DNA of 59,525 bases, filler included, from 9 parts of 9 records of this genome joined end to end with filler, not necessarily neighbours in it; one strand, 5' to 3'; positions 28,913-39,926 are shown, numbered from the whole stretch's first letter. Notes: generated by a model not told the origin, from the sequence alone. Numbers and translations are program-made.

Positions 28913-30256
28913 CATGAGGGGATAAAAGGCGGCAATGGTGGTCATCACCCCGAACACGGTGGCCGTGGACACCCGGCTCACCCCCTTGACCGTGCCCGCC
29001 ACGGAATCGCTTGTGCCCCGTCTTTCCTCAAAAACGCTCTCCCCCACCACCACGGCATCGTCCACCAGGATGCCCAGCACGATGATGAAGCCAAAGGTGG
29101 TGATATCGTTCAGGGAATAGTCAAGGAACCGCTGGTTCATGAGCATGAGGGCGCCGGCGATACTGAAGGGAATCCCCGCCGCCACCCAGAAGGCGAGCCG
29201 GAAGCTCAGGAACACCGCCAGGATGCCCCAGACGATCAACAGCCCCTGCCAGGCGTTGCTGGAAAGAAGCGTGAGCCGCTGGTTCATGTAAGTACTCATG
29301 TCCGCCCAGATATCCAGGCGGATGGTGTCGGGCAGCGCCCTTGAAACCTGGTCCACCACGTCGTGGGCCGCCGCGCTCACATCCATGAGCCGGCCCTTGT
29401 TGCCCGTGTAGACAACGAATCCCAAAGAGGGTTTTCCCTGGTACAGGGAGAGGAAATCGTCATCTTCAAACCCGTCCACAACGGTCACCACATCCTTCAG
29501 CATGATCCGGGCGCCGTCTTTTTCGCAGACCAGGGGCATCTTGAGCAGCGCCTCCACGGAACGGGCCTGCCGGCCCACCCGTATCATGATGGTGCCGTCA
29601 TCGCTTTTCAGGTTGCCGGAACGGTAGGTAAAGGAATTTTGCTTAAACACCGCCATGATGTCGGCCATGGTCAGTCCCAGGGCCCGGAGCCGCTCCCGCA
29701 CCACCTCCAGGCGGATCTCCGGGGTTTTCTCGCCATAGGCGTCCACCTTGGAGATTTTGGGATGCCGAAGGAGCGCCGCCTTGACCCGTTTTCCCGCCTG
29801 CTGGAGGCTCTTTTCATCGGTCTGTCCATACACCTGGACGATCAGGGCATGGTCCTTGAACTCGTTCAGGGTGATCACGGGCTTTTCCGACCGCGCAACC
29901 AGGTTCGGGATGCCGTCCACCCGGGTCTTCACGTCCGACATGAGCCGCATCATGTCATAGTCAACGGTCTTCTCCACCGTGACCTGGCTGAAATCCTCAT
30001 AGGAAAGGGAAGATATTTTTTTGATGCCGGGCACCCCCTCCAGGGCGTTCTCCACCCACTGGGTCACCCCCTCATCCACCTCCCGGGCGCTTGTGCCGGG
30101 GCAGGAAACCGCAATGCTCAGGCTGTTGGGCGGAATGGACGGGAACCCCTCGATGCTCAGGGTGGAAAGGGAAAGAAGCCCCCCGGCCAGCACCAGGAGC
30201 ACCACCAGGTTGGCCGCCACCGGATTGTTCACAAACCACCGGGTCAACCCTTCCAT
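28913..30256 (-). CDS. RND efflux permease (AcrB family), N-terminal half (3' truncated)
   Basis: WFVNNPVAANL; GILVDDAVVVGE TM4 motif. Confidence 0.92.
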
Positions 30257-31392
30257 GGCGCCCCCGCTTCCGTGACCGGATTCACTTTTTCCTTTGCGAT
30301 AAAGCCCGCCATGGGATGCCGGACCATGCGAAACCGCGACGACGGGTCATCCGGGGGCGGCGTCACCACAATGCTCCCCTCCTGATGGAACAGGGGACGG
30401 CTGGTGAAGGAGGCAAGCCGGTCCTCCCCGTCCACGTACCAGATGGTGTTGTCCCGGGTCCGGACGCCCTCGGGCAGCCGAAGCACGTTTTCCAGGGTGC
30501 GTCCGGTCAGGCTGACATCCACGAACATCCCGGGCAGGATCTCTTCCGCCCGGTCCGGGACTTCCACGAAATAGGCCCTTAGGCGGGTCTTCTCCTCAAG
30601 GTAGCCCGCCCGTCTCACCAGCCGGCCCTCCCATTGTTTTTCGCCCCGTGTGATGGTCACCGGTTTTTCCAGGAAATCCTCCCCCACCAGCCGTTCCTCC
30701 TCTTCCCCCAGAAAGACCTTCACCTCCAGCCGGTCCACGCTGTTGATAACGGCGATATCATCCCCGGCAAACAGGGAATCCCCCCGGCTGATGTGCCGGG
30801 AGACGATCACCCCGTTGAAAGGGGCGGTGACAGTGGTGGCGGCCAGATCCCGCTCCGCCTTGACCAGGGCGGAGCGGGCGGCATCCACCTCGGCCCCGGC
30901 CGCCTTAAGCTGGGGTTCCCGGAACACGAGACCGGAGCCGGGCGCGCCCTTTATGCCCGAGCGTTCCCACCCGGCCATGGCCTGGGAGCGCTCCTGCCGC
31001 TCCTTGATCAGGGCAAGCTCGGCATTGGCCACCCGTGTCCTTGCTTCATCCCGGGCAGCCACATAATCCACATCATCGATCGTCATCAGCACCTCGCCCT
31101 CGGCCACCCTGGCGCCGGGCTGAAACCGGTCCGATACCCCGACGATATTGCCGGACACCCGGGAACGCACCCGGGCGGTCCACACCGGGGTGACCTGGCC
31201 GAAGGCCTGAATCCGGGCCGTCTCGTCGGAAACCGTCACCCCCAGCACCGTGACCGGCCTCAGCACCCGCTTGTCCGGTTCAGCCACCGGGGCGTCATGC
31301 TTGATACCGGCAAACAGAAAGGTCACGGCGCCGGCACAGAGCGCCGTGACACCCACAAACACCAACATTTTTTTAATGGTCGCTTTTTTCAT
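30244..31392 (-). CDS. RND efflux periplasmic adaptor (MFP)
   Basis: N-terminal TM; SRVSG, coiled coil, VTAPFNG, LPGMFV; start reassigned to MKKATIK (ATG overlaps the OMF stop). Confidence 0.9.
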   Translation of the reverse strand: MKKATIKKMLVFVGVTALCAGAVTFLFAGIKHDAPVAEPDKRVLRPVTVLGVTVSDETARIQAFGQVTPVWTARVRSRVSGNIVGVSDRFQPGARVAEGEVLMTIDDVDYVAARDEARTRVANAELALIKERQERSQAMAGWERSGIKGAPGSGLVFREPQLKAAGAEVDAARSALVKAERDLAATTVTAPFNGVIVSRHISRGDSLFAGDDIAVINSVDRLEVKVFLGEEEERLVGEDFLEKPVTITRGEKQWEGRLVRRAGYLEEKTRLRAYFVEVPDRAEEILPGMFVDVSLTGRTLENVLRLPEGVRTRDNTIWYVDGEDRLASFTSRPLFHQEGSIVVTPPPDDPSSRFRMVRHPMAGFIAKEKVNPVTEAGAPWKG

Positions 31393-32750
31393 TGTGCGGA
31401 ACTCACTCCCATGCCAAGGGCCTTGGCCATTTCGATCCGGTTGACAAGCCGTGCCTTCCGGATCTCCACCAGGCGCTTTCTCACCATCAGGGCCCCGTCG
31501 TTCGCCTGGTTCAATTCCAGGATGGACGCAAGACCTAAGATATATCGTTGAAAAAAATAGCGGCTGTTCTGTTCCGCCTGTTCCAGGGCCGTTGCAAGGT
31601 GCGCCGCCTGCACCCCCAGGGCCCGCTCCCGGCCAAAGGCGTTCTCCACCTCTTTCATGGCCACAAGCACGGTCTGGCAATACTGGTCCACCAGGGCCTT
31701 TTCCTTTTCCGCCATGGCTTCATACCTGGCCCTGAGGCTGTTACCGTTGAAAACCGGCTGGAGGATGGACACGGACGTACCCCACAGGGTGTCCGCCGCC
31801 CCGAGACTGCCCAGATGGGCATGGGACTTGAACAGGTCCGCCGACAGGGTGATCCCGGGCAGCAGGGCCTTTTTCTCGGCTGCCGTCACCAGGTGGGCCG
31901 CCTCGATCCGGGTGGTCAGGGCCCTGATGTCGGGCCTGTTTTCAAGGACCGCAGCCGGCACCCTTGCCGGGGGCAGGGCCATCACCGGCAATCCCTCGGG
32001 AAAATCCAGGGACGCGTCCGGGTAGCGGCCCACCAGGATCTCCAGGGCCCTTGCGATCTCCGCATACCCGCATTGCTCCGCCACAAGCTCGGCCCGGGCC
32101 TGCTCCATGGTGGAACGAACGGCGGCCAGATCGTTCAGGTTCCCCAATCCCTGCCGGTACCGTTCAAGCACCGTGGCTTCGCTCTTTTGATGAATCCTGA
32201 TCCGCTTCTCCTGGAGGGCGATCCGCTGGCTTGCGGAAGCCCCCTCGACCCAGAGCTTGAGCACCCCGGCGCCAAGGGAGTCCATGGCAGCCCGGTAATC
32301 CGTTTCAGATGCCCGGCACTCCGCGCCCTCGGCGTATTGAAGGTCCTTGAGCCGCCCCCAGATATCGATCTCCCAGCTGACCGTGCCGGCAAACTTGAAC
32401 AAACTTGCCGGCCCACGGCCCGCCCCCTGGTTGTTCCGGGCAAGATCCACTCCCCCGGTAACCGTGGGCAGCCGCCTTGCACGGGTGCCTGTCAGCAACA
32501 GCCGGGAGGCGGCCAACCGTTGGGCCGCGGCCCTGAGATCATGGTTCCGGTTCAGTCCTTCCCGGACCAGGGCCCTTGCACGGGGATCGTCCACAAGATC
32601 GAGCAGGGTGGCGGTGACCGTCAGATGCGTTTGGACGGTTTCATCGCTCCAGCCGGGGGGAACATCCGCCCGGGGCAACCGCACCGGTTCCCGGGCGGCA
32701 CAGCCCGTCATCACCATGGTAAACGCTATAACTGTCAGGAAAAGTTTCAT
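31389..32750 (-). CDS. Outer membrane factor lipoprotein (TolC/NodT family)
   Basis: Lipobox MTGC; SWEIDIWG, NRPDIRA, KALG end. Confidence 0.9.
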   Translation of the reverse strand: MKLFLTVIAFTMVMTGCAAREPVRLPRADVPPGWSDETVQTHLTVTATLLDLVDDPRARALVREGLNRNHDLRAAAQRLAASRLLLTGTRARRLPTVTGGVDLARNNQGAGRGPASLFKFAGTVSWEIDIWGRLKDLQYAEGAECRASETDYRAAMDSLGAGVLKLWVEGASASQRIALQEKRIRIHQKSEATVLERYRQGLGNLNDLAAVRSTMEQARAELVAEQCGYAEIARALEILVGRYPDASLDFPEGLPVMALPPARVPAAVLENRPDIRALTTRIEAAHLVTAAEKKALLPGITLSADLFKSHAHLGSLGAADTLWGTSVSILQPVFNGNSLRARYEAMAEKEKALVDQYCQTVLVAMKEVENAFGRERALGVQAAHLATALEQAEQNSRYFFQRYILGLASILELNQANDGALMVRKRLVEIRKARLVNRIEMAKALGMGVSSAQ

Positions 32751-32765
32751 TGGATAATTTAATAA

Positions 32766-33725
32766 TCAGAAGCTGTAGCCGATGGCCATGCCCGTGGTGG
32801 TATCATCGGAATCAAAGAAATTGATGTTGGCATCCACACGGGTATGGGAAGCCAACACCGTGACAAAATAATTTTCCATGCCAAAGGGCGCATACAGGGT
32901 GTACCGGGTGCAGATGGAATATTCTTTCTCGTCCCGGGTCCGGTTGAAATCCGGATGTTTTTCGTCATAATCCCGCATGCCTGCCGCAACCGTGGTTTCA
33001 AGGGACCAGCCATCCATGTTCAGCATGTGGATCAATCCCAGGTTCCAGCCGGTATAACTGTTGCTCTTGCCCTCCATATCTCCGATGGCACCGGTAAGGT
33101 TGGCAAACACGCAGTTTTGCTCTCCCATAAACAGGGGCGCCCCCAGCTCCAGGGCATGGATGTTGCCGTCCCGCTGAAGATCCTTGTGCCGGATACCGGC
33201 CAGGTCCTCATCCACATCAATCTTGGTGAAGGTATACCCCACCATGAACGGGGTCTCCAGAATATCCTCCCAGGCAACGCCGAATTCAATCTCCTCCCTG
33301 TCCGTCTTCTGCCGCTCTTTTCCCGTCACATAGGGGTCCCTCCACACATCTTCCTTGCCCCATCCGCCACGGAGAGAAAACAGCCCCAGGCCGTTCACCT
33401 CCTGGGCCAGGGTGAGACCATCCATATTCCCGAAGCTCACCTCGGTACCGGTTGCCTCAAACCGGTAGCCGATTTCGCCCATGACGATCGGCTGAAACTC
33501 GCTATCGCTCTTATCACTGTCATCAAGGGAGGTCAATGTTTTCCGGTCACGGTTGTCCGTACTCAACAGCCCCGGTTTTCCTGTCTGGTACATGCCCCCC
33601 ACCATGATGGTGCCGAAGACGCCGCCCCCCTCTTCTTCCTCCTGGGCCTGGACAATGGTGGAGGTAAAGGCAAGGGCAAAAAGAGAAGCTGCAATAAGGG
33701 TAAGAAAGGCCAACATCTGTTTCAT
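32766..33725 (-). CDS. Outer-membrane beta-barrel protein, probably DUF2860 family
   Basis: Signal peptide, amphipathic strands, C-terminal GYSF; WRDPY motif; AGGAG RBS. Confidence 0.65.
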   Translation of the reverse strand: MKQMLAFLTLIAASLFALAFTSTIVQAQEEEEGGGVFGTIMVGGMYQTGKPGLLSTDNRDRKTLTSLDDSDKSDSEFQPIVMGEIGYRFEATGTEVSFGNMDGLTLAQEVNGLGLFSLRGGWGKEDVWRDPYVTGKERQKTDREEIEFGVAWEDILETPFMVGYTFTKIDVDEDLAGIRHKDLQRDGNIHALELGAPLFMGEQNCVFANLTGAIGDMEGKSNSYTGWNLGLIHMLNMDGWSLETTVAAGMRDYDEKHPDFNRTRDEKEYSICTRYTLYAPFGMENYFVTVLASHTRVDANINFFDSDDTTTGMAIGYSF

Positions 33726-33838
33726 GGTAAACGCTCCTGTAAGGTTGTAGTTTAAACGGTAACAACGGGTAACGCCGCTCCGGCTCCACCCTGGCATAGG
33801 AACCTACCAGGAACGAAACCAAAGATCTGTTGAACTTG

Positions 33839-33862
33839 TGTAGAACCGTGTAAAAAAATGTA
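33839..33862 (-). promoter_or_regulatory. Triple TACA direct repeat with 10-bp period (RstA-box-like)
   Basis: TGTA at 33839, 33849 and 33859 on the + strand, i.e. TACA-N6-TACA-N6-TACA on the - strand. Confidence 0.65.
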
Positions 33863-33892
33863 ACAGAAGCCCTTGGGACAGGATCCGGCCAT

Positions 33893-33906
33893 TACAAATT
33901 GATACA
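33893..33906 (+). promoter_or_regulatory. TACA-N6-TACA box upstream of the regulator
   Basis: TACAAATTGATACA. Confidence 0.55.
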
Positions 33907-33984
33907 TTTTTACAGTGGCTTGCACACAGGGGCTGTGGTATCGTTTCCAGGATTGAACAACCATTGATTTCACACGGAGTTCCC

Positions 33985-34270
33985 ATGGATCAGGACAAAA
34001 AGACAATTCTGCTGGTGGAGGACGACATCCGCCTGGCCGACCTTGTCAGCGAATACCTCGCGGCACAGGGGTTTACCATCAACGTGGAGTACCGGGGAGA
34101 CACGGCCGTTGCGCGCATCACCAGGGAGCAGCCAGACATGGTGATCCTCGATCTCATGCTGCCGGGCAAGGACGGGCTCTCGGTGTGCCGGGATGTCCGG
34201 AACGACTACCCCGGCCCCATCCTCATTCTCACGGCCAAGGAGGATGACATGGACCAGGTGGCCGGCCTTG
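33985..34270 (+). CDS. OmpR/RstA family response regulator (3' truncated)
   Basis: ILLVEDD, DLMLPGKDGLSVCR, LTAKEDDMDQVAGL. Confidence 0.88.
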
Positions 34271-34370
34271 NNNNNNNNNNNNNNNNNNNNNNNNNNNNNN
34301 NNNNNNNNNNNNNNTTAATTAATTAANNNNNNNNNNNNNNNNNNNNNNNNNNNNNNNNNNNNNNNNNNNN
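34271..34370. other. Artificial contig spacer
   Basis: N44-TTAATTAATTAA-N44. Confidence 0.98.
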
Positions 34371-35290
34371 AGCGCGAAGCTGGCGATCTCCCGGGGCACG
34401 CCCAGGTTCTCTTCGACGCATTCCATTGTCACCGGCAGCGCTGCCGAACTGGAACTCGAACTAAAGGCGATCAGTTGAGCCGGGCGAATGCCCCGGAAGA
34501 ACGACCGAACCTTCGTGCGGGCCAGGACCTTGACGGCCATCGAGTAGACCAGGCATGCGTGTAGGATCAGACCCAGCAGGACAACGAGTGCGTATTTTGC
34601 CAGCACGTGCAGAATCTCGGCGCCGAAGTTGGCGGTCACCGCCGCGATCAGCGCGAAGACCGCATACGGAGCGATGTGCATAATGACGTGGACCATCCGG
34701 ATCATCACGTCGTTGAGCCCTTCGAAGAAGGCGATGACCGGGGCGCCGCGGGTGTCGGGGACCAGCGTCAGACAGATTCCCATCAGCAGGGCGAAGAAGA
34801 TCACCTGCAGCATTTTGCCTTCGGCAAAGGACTGGATGGGGTTGCTGGGAATGATGTTCAGCAGAGTGTCCTTGAGCGAGGGCTTCTGTTTCATCTGCTC
34901 GACTTTGGCAGTCATGTCCTGGGTACCGCTTTCGAGCAACTGGGCCTTGGTCTCTTCAGGTAGACTGGCGCCGGGCTTCAGCGCGTTGGCCAGGATCAAA
35001 CCAATACTGATCGCAATGATGGTCGTGGCCAGGTAATAGCCGGCGGTTCGGATGCCGATACGGCCGAGTTTGCGGATGTCATTGAGACTGGCCGTCCCGA
35101 CCAACAGGGACGCGAACACCAGGGGGATCACCACCATGGTGATGAGCTTGACGAAGGCCGTGCCGACCGGCTTGATATAATCGACGACGAAATCGTTCCA
35201 GCCGGCGCGGTTGGCGATCACGCCAAAGATGGCTCCCAGAATCAAGCCCAGCATGATCTTGGTCGGCAGCGTGAGTTTCGGCCACTTCAT
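34371..35290 (-). CDS. Dicarboxylate/amino acid:cation symporter (GltP/DAACS; 3' truncated)
   Basis: FVKLITMVVIPLVF, IIPSNP, MLQVIFFA, AFSSSSSSAALP. Confidence 0.93.
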
Positions 35291-35405
35291 AGACGCTCCT
35301 AAAGGGAGATATTCCAAACACTTGCCGCCGATGATAAGGCAGGACGGGCGCCAAGTCAAAGGAGATCGGGTGCCGCATTGCCGGTCCCGCTGCCGGTTGT
35401 TCGTT

Positions 35406-37091
35406 CTAACGCGCCTGCTCAGTCTGCTTGTAGGCGTCGAACAGTGCGGCGATCTGCGCCTCCTGGGCGTTGCCCGCGTGGACGACGACTCGGTATTGCA
35501 GTGTCAGCGGCTGGCCCTGGGGCAGGTCCAGGCGGTCGTCCTCGAGCCAGTACATGGGGGTGGGCGAGAAGAATCCGTAATCGCGGGTGAACCACGGGGT
35601 TGGGTACCAGCGGTTGCTCGGGTGCTGGAGGATGGCGAGCCCCTCAGTGGTGCCATCGCGCGTGCCTGAGTAGTCGCACCAGGGGGACGGGACGCCCCAG
35701 GTTCCCTTCTCGCTCTTCTGGCCCCGGGCATTGATCAGCGTTCCGCCGGACTTGACGCTCAGTTCGGAGACCATGCGGGCCGCGAACAACGAGTGGTTGT
35801 TCTTCAAGATCCGGATGTCGGTCAGCGGTTCCAGAGTGATGCGGAAGTCTATGAGACGCACGTCCTCGCTGGGCGCGGAGATGAGGATCTCGCGCGTGTC
35901 ACGCATGATCGGCTCTTTGCCGGGTTGACGCCAAACGCAGCGATCGGTGATGGCCACGTGCCCGTCGGTGGATTTGACGCGGGGTCCTGCGGAGATGATC
36001 TGCCCCCGCTCGTTGGTGTCCTGCCAGTAGTTCCCGCCGTTGACGCGGTCGCAGCCGAAGAACAGGGAATGATGGTGGGGGTAAGGCTCAGACGTCTCCG
36101 TGGTGACGGATTGGCCTGAGGCCGGACCGTTGACCGGCCAGAAGTAAGGGTATTTCTGCGACTCGGCGAACTTGTAGCAAGTGAAGAGCTTGCCATTGAT
36201 AGTAACGACCACTTGATTCGCTTCGAGCCTGGCCTCCAGTTGTTGTTTGGAGCTCTTGAGGTGCTTCGCCACGTCGACCGCTGGTGCGGTCCAGATGCGA
36301 TCTTTGTTGGCGGCCAGGTAGGCCACGAGCTTGGCGTGTTCCTCAGCTTCGATATAGAGGCTGTGGGTGCCCTGGCCGACGCCGTGGAACATGTAGAATA
36401 TCCACTTGCCGTCGCGAACGGCCGCTTCGATCTCGTCGCGCAGCTGTTCAAAGGATTTGCTGTCACCACTGTAATGGCCGAAGTTGGCGAACGTCATGTT
36501 CGCCGGATCGATCGGCTTGCTTACGTATTCACCCCGGCCCCCGGCGAAGAGTTGGGGAATGAGTTCTTCGAGGCAGGTCTTGTTGTCGAGCGGGCCGACG
36601 TAGTTGTCGCAGCAGGTGTTGCCGAAGGTGCGCTCGGTCTTGCCATCAATGAGGTAGAGGATGAGATTGGTCATCCGCATCTCAGCGAGCCAGCGGTTCG
36701 GCGTGTAGTTGCTCAGGTTGTAGTCGTCCGAAAGCCAGGTGTGCTGGTCCGGGCGATCCTTGCGACAGGGGTGGTGCAGGGAGTGGTTGCCGAGTTCGTG
36801 CCCGGCCTGAGCGACCTGACGCCACTGGTCGGTGTGTTGCCGAAATCCACCGCTATCGGCTTGAATGTAGAAGGTGCCCCGCAAGCCGGCCTTCTCCAAC
36901 TGGGGCGCGACCGACTCGAAATGGGACGGGATAGCGTCGTCGTAGGAGAGCGTCACGGCTCCCTGCTGTCCGGCCGGCCAGTGGAAGCCGGCAGGTCCCG
37001 CGGCTTGCACGGGTGGTCCATCGGCGCAAAGCGATAGCAGGGCAATCAGTATGACGCAGGTTAGCAGGCAGGCAGGGGTTCTGTTCAGCAT
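35406..37091 (-). CDS. Secreted polysaccharide deacetylase-like domain fused to a DUF6807 (Pfam PmoA-named) domain
   Basis: Signal peptide; TLSYDDA, HELGNHSLHH, MFHGV; C-terminal half YPYFWPV..HHHSLFF..HPSN..WFTRDYG. Confidence 0.75.
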   Translation of the reverse strand: MLNRTPACLLTCVILIALLSLCADGPPVQAAGPAGFHWPAGQQGAVTLSYDDAIPSHFESVAPQLEKAGLRGTFYIQADSGGFRQHTDQWRQVAQAGHELGNHSLHHPCRKDRPDQHTWLSDDYNLSNYTPNRWLAEMRMTNLILYLIDGKTERTFGNTCCDNYVGPLDNKTCLEELIPQLFAGGRGEYVSKPIDPANMTFANFGHYSGDSKSFEQLRDEIEAAVRDGKWIFYMFHGVGQGTHSLYIEAEEHAKLVAYLAANKDRIWTAPAVDVAKHLKSSKQQLEARLEANQVVVTINGKLFTCYKFAESQKYPYFWPVNGPASGQSVTTETSEPYPHHHSLFFGCDRVNGGNYWQDTNERGQIISAGPRVKSTDGHVAITDRCVWRQPGKEPIMRDTREILISAPSEDVRLIDFRITLEPLTDIRILKNNHSLFAARMVSELSVKSGGTLINARGQKSEKGTWGVPSPWCDYSGTRDGTTEGLAILQHPSNRWYPTPWFTRDYGFFSPTPMYWLEDDRLDLPQGQPLTLQYRVVVHAGNAQEAQIAALFDAYKQTEQAR

Positions 37092-37251
37092 CTGATAGAC
37101 TCCTCAGTTCGGTCGTTCCGGGCCCTCCGAGCATAGGCTCGATCATCATACCGATTCTAACGCATGTCTTCTGTCGACAAAAGGGCAGGGGCGCGTTTTT
37201 TGCCCGGCGCTGAGCCATGGGGCGACGAGGAGATGCTGTGCTGGAAGGCGT

Positions 37252-37461
37252 CTATGCTTCTTCGATCTTGGCAGCTCCTGTCGGCGCGATGGGGTCTGAG
37301 ATGACCACAAAGAAGGTGGCCAGTGGGCCCAGGAGCAGGGAGGCCAGGAACCAGGCCAGCCCGCTACGGTTTTTCGACTGGGCCAGTCCGGCGTTGATCA
37401 AGGCCAGCGTCCCCCAGCCAATGGCGTAGGGCGACTGCTGTGACAGATTCGCGAGTATCAT
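37252..37461 (-). CDS. Conserved small membrane protein (GWGTLALINAGLAQ.KNRSG family)
   Basis: Recognisable motif of a widespread hypothetical family; GAGGAG RBS. Confidence 0.75.
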   Translation of the reverse strand: MILANLSQQSPYAIGWGTLALINAGLAQSKNRSGLAWFLASLLLGPLATFFVVISDPIAPTGAAKIEEA

Positions 37462-37481
37462 CGGATCACTCCTCTTAGTGG

Positions 37482-37691
37482 CTAGTTGGCGAACAGATCG
37501 AAGATGTTACCGAGCATGCTGGTATCGGCCTGATAAATCTCAGTATAACGGCACCGCACGCAAGTGACGGTGGAAAACCGGCGGGTCTGAATGTTGAAGA
37601 TCTTACTCCAAAAACCACCCGCGGCACGCATTTCACCCGTTTCGTACTCGGCACCCGAGCATTTCGGACATCGGTAGTTGATTGCCTGCAT
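37482..37691 (-). CDS. Zinc-ribbon protein (COG3478/DUF2082-like)
   Basis: CPKC..GGFWSKIFNIQ..CVRCRYTEIY; AGGAG RBS before the ATG at 37691. Confidence 0.85.
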   Translation of the reverse strand: MQAINYRCPKCSGAEYETGEMRAAGGFWSKIFNIQTRRFSTVTCVRCRYTEIYQADTSMLGNIFDLFAN

Positions 37692-37830
37692 AACGGTATC
37701 TCCTATGGGATAGGCGCATCGGCACTGTCCCAGAAATGGACGCTTCAGCGGCCACATTCTCACACAGTTTTTCCCGGGAATCTCCGAGCGACCTCTCCTC
37801 GGGTTTCGTGGGGAACCAGATCTTGGCTAT

Positions 37831-37860
37831 TTGACAGGGGGGCGTGTCCACCGGTACGAT
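37831..37860 (+). promoter_or_regulatory. Putative sigma70 promoter TTGACA-N18-TACGAT
   Basis: Near-consensus hexamers upstream of the sensor gene. Confidence 0.55.
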
Positions 37861-37976
37861 ACGGCGTCGCAGGTGGGGCCTGCGCACGATCATCCGTGGC
37901 TCCCGGTTCTGCCCCAGCCGGATCTTGTGGGAGCCGCTCGGCGAGCGATAAATCTGTCCGCGTTTGGAGACGTCAG

Positions 37977-39826
37977 ATGGTATTCGTTGTGCTGATCGAG
38001 AACATCGCCCTGCTGCTGGCCGCCAGCCTCCTTCACGGCCTTTTCGTCGGTCGTGCCAAGCCCAGGAGAGTGCCGCGAGAGCTCATGTCCGGCATCATAT
38101 TCGGCCTGGCCACACTGGCGGCCATGAGTGGTCCCTTCGAATTGTCGCCCGGAGTCGTGTTCGACGGCCGGTCCATTGCTATCAGTCTGGCAGGTATGTT
38201 TGGAGGACCTCTCGCTGCTGCTATAACGGTTGTTCTGGGTACCTTGCACCGACTGTACACAGGGGGCGGCGGGACACTGACGGGTGTCTGTGTGGTCGTG
38301 ACCTCGGGGGTGCTCGGCACGGCTTTCTTCTATTTGCGGCAGCGCCGTGAGTATCTGGTACAGCCGCTGTACCTGTATGGCTTTGGTCTGCTGGTGCACA
38401 TCAACATGCTGCTGTGGATGCTGACCTTGCCCCGCGACGCCATGATTCCGGCCTACAAGGCCGTTGGTCTGCCGGTCATTGCGCTCTACCCATTTGCGAC
38501 TCTATTGCTGGGAGTGCTTCTAACGAATCTGGAGGCGAGAGCGGCTTCGGACCAGGCTTTGCAGGAGTCGGAGGCACGCTACCGGACCATCGCGGGCAGC
38601 CTGCCTGGAGGCATCATCCACGTCATGGATCGCGAATACCGCTACGTTTTCAGTGCCGGGTCGGAACTGGCTAACCTGGGACTGACGCACGAGATGCTCG
38701 TGGGCAAGAGCATTCACGACGTGCTGCCCCCCGATGTCGCCCAGATGGTTGCAGGACACTACGCCAAGGCTTTTTCGGGCCATCCCTGCTCCTACGAAGG
38801 AACCTATAAGGACCAGACGTTCCTGGTGAATGCGACGCCGCTTCCGAAACCAGATGGGACCATCGATAGCATACTGGTCTTGTCGCTGGACATTACCGCT
38901 CGCAAGGCGGCCGAACGGAAGCTTCGCGAGCGCGAGGAGTTGTTGGCCGAGATGAGCCGCATGGCAAAGATCGGCGCCTGGGAATTTGATCCGGAGACCC
39001 TTGAAGGCACCTGGACCGAGGAGGTGGCGCGGATTCATGACCGCGATCCCGAGGCCTCGACCAGCGTCGCAGTTGGGCTGGGGGACTACGCCGAATCGTC
39101 CCGACCGATCATTGAAAACGCGGTGAAACGCGCTATCGAGGAAGGAGAACCGTACGACCTGGAGTTGGAGCTGGTCACGGCCAGGCAGAGCCGCAAATGG
39201 GTGCGGACCGTTGGTCAGCCGGTGAAACAGGGAGGCCAGGTCGTCAAGGTCAGAGGGACCTTTCAGGACATCACGGAAAAGAAGCGGGCAGAGGAGGCGC
39301 TGCGGGAGAACGAGGCCATCCTCAAAGCGGCCATGGACAACTCTGTGGCGGGGATTGCGATCGCCGACGCGCCCGATGGCCAAATGCGCTATGTGAACGA
39401 TGCGGGATTACTCATGCGTGGCAAGAGCAGGGAGGAAGTTGTCAATGGTAGTGGCATCGAACAATATGTGGCAAGTTGGCGGATTTCTCATTTGGATGGC
39501 ACACCCTATCGGGATGATGAAGTTCCTCTGGCGCGGGCCATTCTGTTTGGAGAGACGTGTTGCGAAGAGCTTGTTATAGGGCGGGCGAATGAAGAGTTTT
39601 GTATCGTCTGGGTCAGCGCCACGCCGATTAGGAACGCAGAAGGCGAGGTCATCGCCGGTATTGCCGTGTTCCTGGATATTACGGAGCGCAAGCAGGCGGA
39701 GGAGACCTTGCGTGAGAGTGAAGAGCGATTCGCACGGTTGTTCAATACCAGTCCGGTCGCCATGTCCATTTCCGGATTGTCTGACGGCAAATACACCGAG
39801 GTCAACGATGCGTGGTGCAATCTGAT
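37977..39826 (+). CDS. 5TM-LytS/YhcK-type membrane sensor with multiple PAS domains (3' truncated, output domain not visible)
   Basis: PGVVFDGRS..MFGGP..RLYTGGGG; at least three PAS/PAC units each ending in DIT.RK/KK. Confidence 0.85.
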
Positions 39827-39926
39827 NNNNNNNNNNNNNNNNNNNNNNNNNNNNNNNNNNNNNNNNNNNNTTAATTAATTAANNNNNNNNNNNNNNNNNN
39901 NNNNNNNNNNNNNNNNNNNNNNNNNN
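39827..39926. other. Artificial contig spacer
   Basis: N44-TTAATTAATTAA-N44. Confidence 0.98.

Noticed and set aside
35406-36240. Particulate methane monooxygenase pmoA
   Set aside because: Soluble beta-rich domain with no TM helices and no pmoC/pmoB; the Pfam name is misleading
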